The notes beneath the pieces were generated by a model. The model was not told the DNA's origin, ran no database searches, and worked only from the letters and a program-made list of their open reading frames with translations. Both the position numbers and the translations under genes were made by a program. A stretch of 64,000 nucleotides of DNA from an uncultured Solirubrobacteraceae bacterium. GTDB lineage: Bacteria > Actinomycetota > Thermoleophilia > Solirubrobacterales > Solirubrobacteraceae. Shown here in pieces: positions 38,429 to 47,441 of the stretch (positions are counted from its first letter, which is position 1; the number at the start of each line of letters is the position of its first letter). The stretch covers positions 2,047,531-2,111,530 of the forward strand of contig CAWCFO010000002.1 in NCBI GenBank assembly GCA_963794905.1, given 5' to 3'.

Positions 38429-40972
38429 TCAGGGCACTTCGCCGACGCCGCTGCGCCCGCTAGTCGCAACGGGAACCCCGTTGGCCCAGTCGATCTCGAT
38501 GGAGATCTTCGTGTTGAGCAGCGTTGGCAGATTGGCCACGACTTTCCTGGTCGCGGTTTCGATCACGTCGCCCGAGTCGCCGACGAGGACGTAATGCCCG
38601 TCGGTTGAGCGCTGCAACCAGCCGCCGCGGCCGCAGTCGTAGCCACAGGGACTCTCGATTCCTTCCAGGCCCGCGACCGCGACGACGCCGATCTGAGCGG
38701 GCGCGACGCCTTCGGCGACTTTGGACACGTCGTACACCTGGATCTCTTTGTTCACGTCGTCGACGACGTACAGCTGTTTCTCGTTGGGAGACAGCGAGAT
38801 GCCGTGGCTCGGCGCCGAGTCGGGCAGGTTCGGCGGCACGGGCCCGAACGATGTCGTGAACAGCACTTTTCCTGTCGCGATGCTCGACACCTGGAAGCCG
38901 TCGTATTCGGTCGCGGTCGTGAACGCGAGGGTGTTGGAGCCGTTCACGGTGAATGGCCTCACGCCGGGCGTCAGCGGCCCGATTTGGCGAACCTGACCCG
39001 TTTTCGTGTTGTAGACGGAGAGATATTCGGAGTAGCGGCCGGCCAGGTACACGAATTCACCGTCGTGCGACGCGATCGTGTTGTGCGGCGCCATGCCCCC
39101 GGAGATCGTTTTCACGAGTTCGCCGTCTGCGGCGCTCAGCACGTTCCAAACTGTGCCCGAGCTCTGCTCGCCGGTGGGCATGTACAGCAATTGGCCGTCG
39201 GGGCTCACCTGACCCGAGTCGATTCCGGTGCTCAGGTCCGTGGTCCACAGGACTTCGTCGCTGACCAGATCGTAGGCGAGCACCGATCCCGGTCCATAGC
39301 CGGCGCCGTCTCCGCCGTAGGACACGAACATCACGTGCGTGCTCGGCGAGACGGTCACGCCCCTGATCCCGGACACGGCTTGAGGGAGGCTGATCGTTCC
39401 CACGGATTTCCATTCGTGATCCATGTCGTACACCGACACGACTCCGACGTTGAGCACGTACTCCAGATGGTGGCTGCCCGCCGACGAGCTCACCGCAGGG
39501 GAGGCCGCGGAGAGGACCGGTGTGGACGCTCCGGCGGCGTTCGACGCGATCGTCGAAACGCGCAGCCGATGGTTCAGGTCGGCCGTTTCGAGCTTGTACG
39601 TGGGCGCCGTGGCCGCCGCGATCGCAGAGCAGTTCGCGCCGGCGGAGTCGCAACGCTGCCACTGATACGCGAAGCCGGTGGGGCTGTCCGACCACGACCC
39701 TGGCGCCGTCGTCAGCTCCTGTTCGGTCTGCGTCACGCCGGAGACCGTCGGCGCGGCTGCGCTGACCGGCGCTGCGAGCGGCGCCCGGCTGGCGTATGTC
39801 GCGTAGATCGACATCTGCTCGCTGTCGGTTTCAGGCGTGCCGAATGGGTCGCTCGGGCCAGCGCTGTAGGCGTTGGCGTTGAAGTCGCGGCTGTTGGCGA
39901 CGCTGTCGAAGCGGAAGCTCGTGACGTTCGCCGTCGCGCCGGTGATCAGCCCGATCCAGTAGGCGCCTGCCGGCAGGCCGATCGGCGCGGGGAATGCAAG
40001 CGTGCGCCAGCCAGCGCGTTCGTTGGAGTGGAAGGCCAGCTCGTTGGTCGTCCCGAGCAGCGCGGCCGGTTTGCCCGACGAGTCGCTGTAGAGCACGCCC
40101 TTGAGCAGTTGCTGGCCTTCGGCGCCGGACGGCTGGAGATAGGCGTTGAGCTGGCTGATCGATCCCGCCGCGGGGAGGGAATACCTGATCACCCGCTTGC
40201 GGTCGGCCCCGAGCTTGTCAGAGGACACGCCTACGCTCGTCTTGCCGAACGTCGACGAGTACGCGCGCAGGACGACCGCCGACTGCGCGGAGCTGGCCGG
40301 CGCAGAGGCGCCGCTCGCATTGGATGCCGTGACCGACACTCGCACGGTCTTGGCGCCGTCGAGTTCGCTGAGCGTGTACGTCGAGGAGTTTGCGGCCGCG
40401 ATGGCGGTGCAGGCGTTACCTTCGGCGTCACAGCGCTGCCACTGGTAGGCGTAGGCGCTCGGAGACTCAGACCAGGCTCCGCTGCTCGCGCTCAGCGTTT
40501 CGCCGGATTTGGCGACCCCGCTCAGCGTCGGAGCGCCGGCGCTGACAGGCGCCGACGCGGGCGCAGGCGGTGGCGCCGGCGCAGGCGCCGGTGGGCTGGG
40601 CACGATTTCGCTGACGAGCGACGCGCCCGTCGAGGTGGCCGTCGAAGGCGCCGGCACAGTCGCGGGCAGCGGCAGCGACGTGCAGCTCTGCCGGGACTCG
40701 GTCCTCAGGTATCGCACGTAGACCCGGTGGTAGACGATCTTTCCGTGACGGCGGACGACCACTCGGCGGCCGTGGATCTTGCGCGTCAGCTTTTTCTTGA
40801 CCCAATGCCTGGACGGGACCTTCACGAGCAGGGTCGTGCAGTTCGTCACGTAGCCCGGCTGGCCAGCGGTGTCTGCGTACGCGACCGCGCCCGAGGCCGC
40901 CAGCAGAGCCGCCGCGAGGGTGACCGCGGTGATCGGTGACACGATGGATTTGACCTTCAGCCGTCTGCTCAT
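38429..40972 (-). CDS. Secreted modular protein: polybasic N-region, Ig repeat, ~150-aa domain, Ig repeat, YncE-like beta-propeller
   Basis: GGGAGGG RBS before ATG 40972; signal peptide; modules match those of the 19971-27803 and 18606-19883 proteins. Confidence 0.85.
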   Translation of the reverse strand: MSRRLKVKSIVSPITAVTLAAALLAASGAVAYADTAGQPGYVTNCTTLLVKVPSRHWVKKKLTRKIHGRRVVVRRHGKIVYHRVYVRYLRTESRQSCTSLPLPATVPAPSTATSTGASLVSEIVPSPPAPAPAPPPAPASAPVSAGAPTLSGVAKSGETLSASSGAWSESPSAYAYQWQRCDAEGNACTAIAAANSSTYTLSELDGAKTVRVSVTASNASGASAPASSAQSAVVLRAYSSTFGKTSVGVSSDKLGADRKRVIRYSLPAAGSISQLNAYLQPSGAEGQQLLKGVLYSDSSGKPAALLGTTNELAFHSNERAGWRTLAFPAPIGLPAGAYWIGLITGATANVTSFRFDSVANSRDFNANAYSAGPSDPFGTPETDSEQMSIYATYASRAPLAAPVSAAAPTVSGVTQTEQELTTAPGSWSDSPTGFAYQWQRCDSAGANCSAIAAATAPTYKLETADLNHRLRVSTIASNAAGASTPVLSAASPAVSSSAGSHHLEYVLNVGVVSVYDMDHEWKSVGTISLPQAVSGIRGVTVSPSTHVMFVSYGGDGAGYGPGSVLAYDLVSDEVLWTTDLSTGIDSGQVSPDGQLLYMPTGEQSSGTVWNVLSAADGELVKTISGGMAPHNTIASHDGEFVYLAGRYSEYLSVYNTKTGQVRQIGPLTPGVRPFTVNGSNTLAFTTATEYDGFQVSSIATGKVLFTTSFGPVPPNLPDSAPSHGISLSPNEKQLYVVDDVNKEIQVYDVSKVAEGVAPAQIGVVAVAGLEGIESPCGYDCGRGGWLQRSTDGHYVLVGDSGDVIETATRKVVANLPTLLNTKISIEIDWANGVPVATSGRSGVGEVP

Positions 40973-41250
40973 CCGACCCTCCCTGGCCACTGTTCGCGCG
41001 CCTCGGGTTCCGCTCGACGGCTTGAGCGGATCAGCCATCCGATGGTCACCAGCCGCGCGTGCGAGGCTTCCATGCCTCTGGACGAATGTACCAGCCGGGT
41101 CAAGCAACGGTGGACCGGCGCAGACGGGCCGATCGGGCCGAGTACACACGCCCGCAACACGCGTTGAGGAGCTTTTGATAGGTTCGCGTGAGCGCCTGTC
41201 GGGACGTCGCACGAGTCTCGACCGCAGGCACCCAAGGAAAGGGAGAAGGA

Positions 41251-42660
41251 ATGTTCGGACGTCTCGTCCGCGCCGCGACTCGTCGGCATGCAAACGGTCG
41301 ACGCCAGCAGGCAAAGATCGTCAGACACGCGCTGTTGGCCCTGTGCGCCGCGCTGCTGGTGCTCGCCATCGCCTCCACCGCCGCGGGGCTCACCGGTCGT
41401 GCTCCGACGCTGCGAGTGCACGGCCAGACGCTGAAATGGACGGCGATCGAACGCCACGGCGTCTACGTGCTGCAGACCAATGTCGCCGGGAGGCAGACGA
41501 CCTCGAGGGTCTCCGGCCTGAGCATCAAGCCGCCCGCCGTTCCCGGGAAGCGGGCGACCTACCGGGTGAGGGCCGCCGGCCAGCCGAACTCGTGGTCCAA
41601 TCGAGCGTCGATCCGCTATCGCCGCTCGCGAACGGACAAACCGCCGCCGAAAGAAAAACCGCCGCCGAAAGAAAAACCGCCGCCGAAAGAAGAACCGCCG
41701 CCGAAAGAAGAACCGCCGAAGGAAGAACCGCGGCCCGAAGAATCTGTGGGACGGCCGAAATTCCGCCTCGACGCGGCGAGCTACTTCGACCCGTTCGCCA
41801 CCGCTCAGTACGCGCCGTGGGTAAAGGCGCGGATCTCGCTGGTCAAGGGCTACCCGCCGTTCAGCGACAGCTTCGTCTCGCTTTTCGGTCTGCCGGTCAT
41901 CGGATACCACGACCCCGCGACCGAAGGTCAAGCGCCGCTGAACGCGTCGAACATCGAAACGGTCGTCGCAGAGGTTCGTCGTGACATGAACGCGGGCTAC
42001 GCCGGCGTGTTCCTCGACGACGCCAACTGGTCCGCCGGGTTCTCGCCGTCGCCGGGCTCGGCCGCCGCCTTGGCGAAGCTGTTGCTGGCGATCCGCGCCG
42101 CGGCGCCGAAGGCGCTGATCGAGATGAACAGCCAGTTCCACGACATCTGGCCGTTGATCAAGGCCAACGACCCCAACGTCGACCGGGCGCTGGAAACGGT
42201 CAACCTGATCACCAAGGAGTTCGGCGTCGGCCCGTCGGCCGGCATCAGCTCTCCCGCGGATTACGCGGAATTCTTCGAATACATCGACCGGTTGCACGCC
42301 AAGGGGATCCACATCGTGATGACCGGCGACCGCAACAGCACCGGCGTGTCGACGCTGGAATACAACCTCGCCACCTACCTGCTCGGCAACGACGGCGGCG
42401 ACTACATCAACGGCACCGAACAGACGCCCCGCAACTGGTGGACTGGCTTCGACGTGCATCTAGGCGAAGCTCGCACAGGGCGGGAACGCTCATCGAGCGG
42501 GCTGTGGACGCGGGCGTTCGCCGGTGGGGTCGTCTATACGGTCGAGCCGGGAGCTTCGACGCAGACGATCAAGCTCGCAAAGCCGATGCACAGCGCGCAG
42601 TGGGGGACGGTCGAATCGGTGACGCTCTCGGCCGGACAGGGCGCGGTGCTGGTCGGTTGA
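41251..42660 (+). CDS. Secreted putative glycoside hydrolase, paralog of 4953-6623, with N-terminal beta domain and PPPKE linker
   Basis: GYAGVFLDDAN, LEYNLATYLL, QTPRNWWTGFDVHLGEA, WTRAFAGGVV align by eye with 4953-6623. Confidence 0.65.
   Translation: MFGRLVRAATRRHANGRRQQAKIVRHALLALCAALLVLAIASTAAGLTGRAPTLRVHGQTLKWTAIERHGVYVLQTNVAGRQTTSRVSGLSIKPPAVPGKRATYRVRAAGQPNSWSNRASIRYRRSRTDKPPPKEKPPPKEKPPPKEEPPPKEEPPKEEPRPEESVGRPKFRLDAASYFDPFATAQYAPWVKARISLVKGYPPFSDSFVSLFGLPVIGYHDPATEGQAPLNASNIETVVAEVRRDMNAGYAGVFLDDANWSAGFSPSPGSAAALAKLLLAIRAAAPKALIEMNSQFHDIWPLIKANDPNVDRALETVNLITKEFGVGPSAGISSPADYAEFFEYIDRLHAKGIHIVMTGDRNSTGVSTLEYNLATYLLGNDGGDYINGTEQTPRNWWTGFDVHLGEARTGRERSSSGLWTRAFAGGVVYTVEPGASTQTIKLAKPMHSAQWGTVESVTLSAGQGAVLVG
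41641..41742 (+). repeat. In-frame 18-bp tandem repeat (CCGCCGCCGAAAGAARAA x4 plus two degenerate 15-bp units)
   Basis: Read directly; encodes PPPKEK PPPKEK PPPKEE PPPKEE PPKEE PRPEE. Confidence 0.92.
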
Positions 42661-42661
42661 C

Positions 42662-43726
42662 TTGACCTCTGGGCCGAGGCCCGCTGGGCCGCTCGCAAGC
42701 GTCGATCCGTCGGCGTCTCGGCCTCGGTCGGCCGGTCGCGAGCCCAGGTTCGAGGTCCGCGCATATGCGCCGGCGGATGAGGCTGCGACGCTGGGTGTGC
42801 TGAACGCTGCGTTCGGTCGGTGGCCGCTCGGTATCGACGGCGTCACGCCGCAGGAGTTCTTTCGCTGGAAGCACCTGGACGGGCCGATCGGAGGCTCGCA
42901 GATGTTGGTGGTCGAGTGCGCTGGTGAGGTGACTGGCTTCGCCGCTTACATGCCCTGGCGGTTTCGCGCCGGCGGGCGAGAGCTCCAAGCGGCCCGCGCG
43001 GTCGACTACGCGGTGCACCCCGACCATCAGCGATCTGGGGTGTCGATGGCGATTCGCGCCGCCGTCAGCCTCGCGCCGCAGACCGCGTTCATCTGGTCCA
43101 ATCCGAACGCGCAGAGCCGCGTGGGTGGGTTGCGGTCTGGGCGTCGGCAGGTGACGACGCTCGTACGTTATCTGCGGCTGAATCCCCATCCGACGGTCGC
43201 GGCGCTCGCGCGCGGTCGCCGTGGGCGTGCGCGGCGCTCGCGTGAGCTCGACATCCAGGCGGAGACCGCCGGGGACTTTCTCCGCGACGATGCGCGTGCA
43301 TCGGCGCTGGCTGTCGCGGGCGAGTCCGACGCGCTCTCGACGGTCCACGACCCGCGCTACCTGGGCTGGCGCTACGGCAGATTCGCCGACTATCGCGTCG
43401 TCGAGCGCACAGGCATGGGCCGTGACGCGGCCATCTTTCGCGTGCGCCGCCACGGCCGGCTGCTGATCTCACACGTCTGTGAGCTGTTCGTCGAGCGCGG
43501 CGACTCCGGGGCGACGCGCAAGCTGCTCGCGCAAGTCGCCCAAGCGGCCCCGGCGGACTTGATCAGCTGCCGCTTCGCCTCGCGCCGTCATGCCGCCGTG
43601 CACGGCTTTCTGCCGTATCGTGGGCACACGGCGCTGATGGCCTATCGATTGCGCGAGCGCGTCGCTCCAGATCCGACGCGGCGCAGCTCGTGGAGACTGT
43701 CGCTCGGCGATCTCGAGCTGCTGTAG
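42662..43726 (+). CDS. GNAT family N-acyltransferase (tandem fold, FemAB-like length)
   Basis: EFFRWKH...P, AVDYAVHPDHQRSGV, NPN, YLGWRY, W.LSLGD. Confidence 0.78.
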   Translation: MTSGPRPAGPLASVDPSASRPRSAGREPRFEVRAYAPADEAATLGVLNAAFGRWPLGIDGVTPQEFFRWKHLDGPIGGSQMLVVECAGEVTGFAAYMPWRFRAGGRELQAARAVDYAVHPDHQRSGVSMAIRAAVSLAPQTAFIWSNPNAQSRVGGLRSGRRQVTTLVRYLRLNPHPTVAALARGRRGRARRSRELDIQAETAGDFLRDDARASALAVAGESDALSTVHDPRYLGWRYGRFADYRVVERTGMGRDAAIFRVRRHGRLLISHVCELFVERGDSGATRKLLAQVAQAAPADLISCRFASRRHAAVHGFLPYRGHTALMAYRLRERVAPDPTRRSSWRLSLGDLELL

Positions 43727-43764
43727 AGCAAGGCGCAGCGCCGTCGCGCCGCGGGTAGCTGCGG

Positions 43765-46700
43765 CTACCCGACGCCGCCGACTCCCGTTCGCCCGCTCGT
43801 AGAGATCGGCACGCCACCCTGCCAGTCGACCTCGATCGACTTCTTGGTCTGAGCGAGCGTCGACAGCGTCGTGATGACCTTGCGCGTCGCCGTGTCGATC
43901 ACCTCGCCGGAGTCGCCGACAAACAGATCGCGCCCGTCGCCGGACAGCTGCAGCCAGCCTCCGCGCCCGCAGTCATACGTGCAGGGGCTCTCGCTGCCGC
44001 TCAGGCCCGCGACGGGGACGACGCCGATCTGGGTGGGGGCGACGCCTTCTTTGACTTTCGAGACATCCCAGAACTGCACCTCTTTGTGGACCGCGTCGAT
44101 CACGTACAGCTGCTTCTCGTCGGGCGACAGTGAGGCTCCGTGGCTGGGCGCCGTGAACGCGAACCCATTGGGCACTTCGCCGAAGGACACGGTGAACAGC
44201 ACTTTGCCGGTGGTGATCGACGAAACCTGAAAACCGTCGAAGTTGGTGGCCGTCGTAAACGCCAGCGTGTTCGAGCCGTTGACAGTGAACGGTCGCGCCG
44301 TGTTGACCAGCGGGCCGATTTCGCGGACTTTCCCACTCGCCGTTTCGTACACGTCCAGGTAGTTGTAAGTGCGCCCGGCGAGGTAGACGTAGTTGCCGTC
44401 GGCCGACACCACGGTGTTGTGCGGTCCCGATCCACCCAGGATCGTCCCCGTCACTTCGCCGTTGGCGGCGTTGAGCACGTTCCACACTTTGCCCGACGAG
44501 AGCTCGCCGGTCGGTATGTACAGCTTCGTGCCATCCGGGCTGACCTGCCCCGAGTCGATGCCCGTGTTGAGTTTCACGTCCCACACGACTTTTTCCGTCA
44601 CCAGGTTGTAGGCGAGCACCGAGCCGTTGCCGTTGCCCCCGCCGTCGCCGCCGTAGGCGATGAACATCATGTGGGTGGAAGGCGCGACGGTCACACCCCT
44701 GACCTCCGCTTTGGTCTGGGGGAGGCTGATCGTCTTGACCAGCGAAAAGCCGTTGTCCATGTCATACACCGACGTGACGCCATCCTGCACCACGTACTCG
44801 AGGTGCGACACGCCGGTCGCCGGTGTGACGACGGCGGTCGGCGCCGAGCGCGACGCGGCCGAGGGCCCGGCTTCGTTGGAAGCGATCACCGACACGCGCA
44901 GCGTCTTTGACACATCCGCTTCTGTGAGCGTGTACGCGATCGACGCGGCCCCGGAGATCGGGTTGCAGCCGGCGCCGCCGGAGCCGCAGCGTTCCCATTC
45001 GTAGGCGTAGCTCGTCGGAAAGTTGCTCCAGCTTCCCGCGTTGGCGCTCAGCGTCTGCCCCTGCTGCGCGGTCCCCGAGATGGTCGGCGGGCTGGTGTTC
45101 ACCGGGGCGGCCGTGGGCGCCGTGACTACGGCGGTCGGCGTCGAGCGCGCCGGGGCCGAAGGTCCGGCGTTGTTGTAAGCCGTCATCGACACGCGCAGCG
45201 TCTTTGACACGTCCGCTTCTGTAAGCGTGTACGTGGTCGACGTCGCGCCGGAGATCGGGCTGCAGCTGCCCCCGCCGGACCCGCATCGCAGCCATTCGTA
45301 GCTGTAGCTCGTCGGCGAGTTGCTCCAGCCGCCGGCGCTTGAGCTCAGCGTCTGCCCCTGCTGAGCCGTCCCCGAGATCGTCGGTGGGCTGGTGTTGGCC
45401 GGCACACCGCCGCCTTCTGTGGATTCCGGCGCATACGTCGCATACAACGAGGTCTGCTCAGCGTCTGTGCTGACCGCGCCGAACGGGTTGGTCGGTCCTG
45501 AGGCATAGGCGTTTGCGTTGTAGTCGCGCGATCCGCTGACGCTGGTCCAGCGAAAGCTCGCCACACCTGCGCTGGCGCCGGTCATCACGCCGATCCAGTA
45601 GTTGCCGGCCGTGAGTTTCACCGGCGAGGAGAAGGTCATGTCATACCAGCCGGCGACGTTGGTGCTTTTGAAGGTCAGCTGTTCAGAGACGCCCAACAGT
45701 CCTGCCGGCGTGCCTGCGTTGTCGGCGTAGATCAGGCCCTTTATGACCTCCTGGCCGCTGGTGCCAGACGGCGCCAGATACATGCTCAGCTTGCTCACCG
45801 ATCCGGGCGTGCCCAGGGCATAGCGGTTGACGCGCTTGCGTTCTGAGATCAACGTGTCGGTGGACGCGCCGACGGTGGTCTTGCCGAAGGTGGCGGCGGA
45901 GGAGGATTGCTGTGCGACGACGGCCGTCGCACTCGACGTCGCTGCCGGTCCCGGACCCGTCGAATTGCTGGCCGTCTCTTCGACGGCGAGCGTGTGGCCG
46001 ACGTCGCCGGCGACCGGTGTGTAAGTCTGTTCACCGGCGCCGCTGATCGGCAGGCAACTGGAGCCGAGCGAATCGCATTGCAGCCACTGGTATGTGTAAC
46101 CGGTGGGAGCATTGGTCCACACTCCGTGCTGCTCGCTCAGCGTCTGCCCCTGCTGAGCCGTCCCCGAGATCGTCGGTGGGCTGGTGTTGGCCGGCACACC
46201 GCCGCCTTCTGTGGATTCCGGCGCATACGTCGCATACAACGAGGTCTGCTCAGCGTCTGTGCTGACCGCGCCGAACGGGTTGGTCGGTCCTGAGGCATAG
46301 GCGTTTGCGTTGTAGTCGCGCGATCCGCTGACGCTGGTCCAGCGAAAGCTCGCCACACCTGCGCTGGCGCCGGTCATCACGCCGATCCAGTAGTTGCCGG
46401 CCGTGAGTTTCACCGGCGAGGAGAAGGTCATGTCATACCAGCCGGCGACGTTGGTGCTTTTGAAGGTCAGCTGTTCAGAGACGCCCAACAGCCCTGCCGG
46501 CGTGCCTGCGTTGTCGGCGTAGATCAGGCCCTTTATGACCTCCTGGCCGCTGGTGCCAGACGGCGCCAGATACATGCTCAGCTTGCTCACCGATCCGGGC
46601 GTGCCCAGGGCATAGCGGTTGACGCGCTTGCGTTCTGAGATCAACGTGTCGGTGGACGCGCCGACGGTGGTCTTGCCGAAGGTGGCGGCGGAGGCTGCGC

Positions 46701-46836
46701 TTGCCAGTGACGCTGCCATCACTTGACATATGCTCAAACAGACAGCCGCGAGTGCGGTCACTTGTAGGAGACGGTAAACGCCTGTTGCCGCGCGCAGGCT
46801 CACGCGGATCGATTTGGGAACATCCGTATTCCTCAT
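43765..46836 (-). CDS. Secreted modular protein: cassette domain, Ig, cassette domain, Ig, Ig, YncE-like beta-propeller
   Basis: Signal-peptide-like leader; internal duplication; propeller paralogous to those at 38429 and 18606; start uncertain. Confidence 0.85.
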   Translation of the reverse strand: MRNTDVPKSIRVSLRAATGVYRLLQVTALAAVCLSICQVMAASLASAASAATFGKTTVGASTDTLISERKRVNRYALGTPGSVSKLSMYLAPSGTSGQEVIKGLIYADNAGTPAGLLGVSEQLTFKSTNVAGWYDMTFSSPVKLTAGNYWIGVMTGASAGVASFRWTSVSGSRDYNANAYASGPTNPFGAVSTDAEQTSLYATYAPESTEGGGVPANTSPPTISGTAQQGQTLSEQHGVWTNAPTGYTYQWLQCDSLGSSCLPISGAGEQTYTPVAGDVGHTLAVEETASNSTGPGPAATSSATAVVAQQSSSAATFGKTTVGASTDTLISERKRVNRYALGTPGSVSKLSMYLAPSGTSGQEVIKGLIYADNAGTPAGLLGVSEQLTFKSTNVAGWYDMTFSSPVKLTAGNYWIGVMTGASAGVASFRWTSVSGSRDYNANAYASGPTNPFGAVSTDAEQTSLYATYAPESTEGGGVPANTSPPTISGTAQQGQTLSSSAGGWSNSPTSYSYEWLRCGSGGGSCSPISGATSTTYTLTEADVSKTLRVSMTAYNNAGPSAPARSTPTAVVTAPTAAPVNTSPPTISGTAQQGQTLSANAGSWSNFPTSYAYEWERCGSGGAGCNPISGAASIAYTLTEADVSKTLRVSVIASNEAGPSAASRSAPTAVVTPATGVSHLEYVVQDGVTSVYDMDNGFSLVKTISLPQTKAEVRGVTVAPSTHMMFIAYGGDGGGNGNGSVLAYNLVTEKVVWDVKLNTGIDSGQVSPDGTKLYIPTGELSSGKVWNVLNAANGEVTGTILGGSGPHNTVVSADGNYVYLAGRTYNYLDVYETASGKVREIGPLVNTARPFTVNGSNTLAFTTATNFDGFQVSSITTGKVLFTVSFGEVPNGFAFTAPSHGASLSPDEKQLYVIDAVHKEVQFWDVSKVKEGVAPTQIGVVPVAGLSGSESPCTYDCGRGGWLQLSGDGRDLFVGDSGEVIDTATRKVITTLSTLAQTKKSIEVDWQGGVPISTSGRTGVGGVG
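45343..45902 (-). repeat. Cassette copy A2 (560-bp direct repeat of 46135-46694)
   Basis: Only one mismatch found by eye against 46135-46694 (offset 792); the ORF track lists identical 73-aa ORFs at both sites. Confidence 0.93.
46135..46694 (-). repeat. Cassette copy A1
   Basis: Near-identical to 45343-45902; about 470 bp of it is the reverse complement of 50007-50475 and 50784-51255. Confidence 0.93.
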
Positions 46837-46878
46837 TAATCGGGCCGGGACCTTCGCAGAAGGAAATACCGACGTCAA

Positions 46879-47286
46879 ATGAGAGTCTGCTTATTTTTGT
46901 GGCCGCGGCTGGGGGTCGTGTCGATCCTGGTGGCGTTCTGCGCGGCGCTGTCGGCCTGCGGGGCGACGACGAGCACGGGCCCGTCGGCGACGACCGGACG
47001 GGGACACGACACACAGCCCGCGAAGCGCCCGGCGCCGCCGAGCACGGGCGCGGCCGCACCGTCGGCGATTGGACAGCAGGGTCCGACCGTGCCGAACCTG
47101 ATCGGCGTGAGGCTCGCGATCGCCGAGCGCGACCTCCGCGCGGGCGAGGTCAACTACACGGTGCTCGGTCGTCCCGGCGCCGGCGCTGCGGCGACGCTGA
47201 TCGTGTGCGCGACCAACCCCTTGCCGAACACCCACCTCGAGCCCGGAACGAAGGTGCGGCTGATCGTGAGACGTACGTGCGGATGA
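46879..47286 (+). CDS. Small PASTA-domain lipoprotein
   Basis: Lipobox LSAC; TVPNLIGVRLAIAERDL...TNP......PGTKVRLIV. Confidence 0.72.
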   Translation: MRVCLFLWPRLGVVSILVAFCAALSACGATTSTGPSATTGRGHDTQPAKRPAPPSTGAAAPSAIGQQGPTVPNLIGVRLAIAERDLRAGEVNYTVLGRPGAGAAATLIVCATNPLPNTHLEPGTKVRLIVRRTCG

Positions 47287-47441
47287 CGTCCCGGCGGCGA
47301 CCGCCCAGCTGATCCGCCGACGGTCTCGTCGCGTCTCGACCGATCGCCGGAGTCGGCTGCGACGCCTGGTATCGCTCGCGGCGATGGCATATCATCCGCT
47401 CGACTCAGACGGAGAAAGCTCGAACGAGGGGGACGGCAAGG

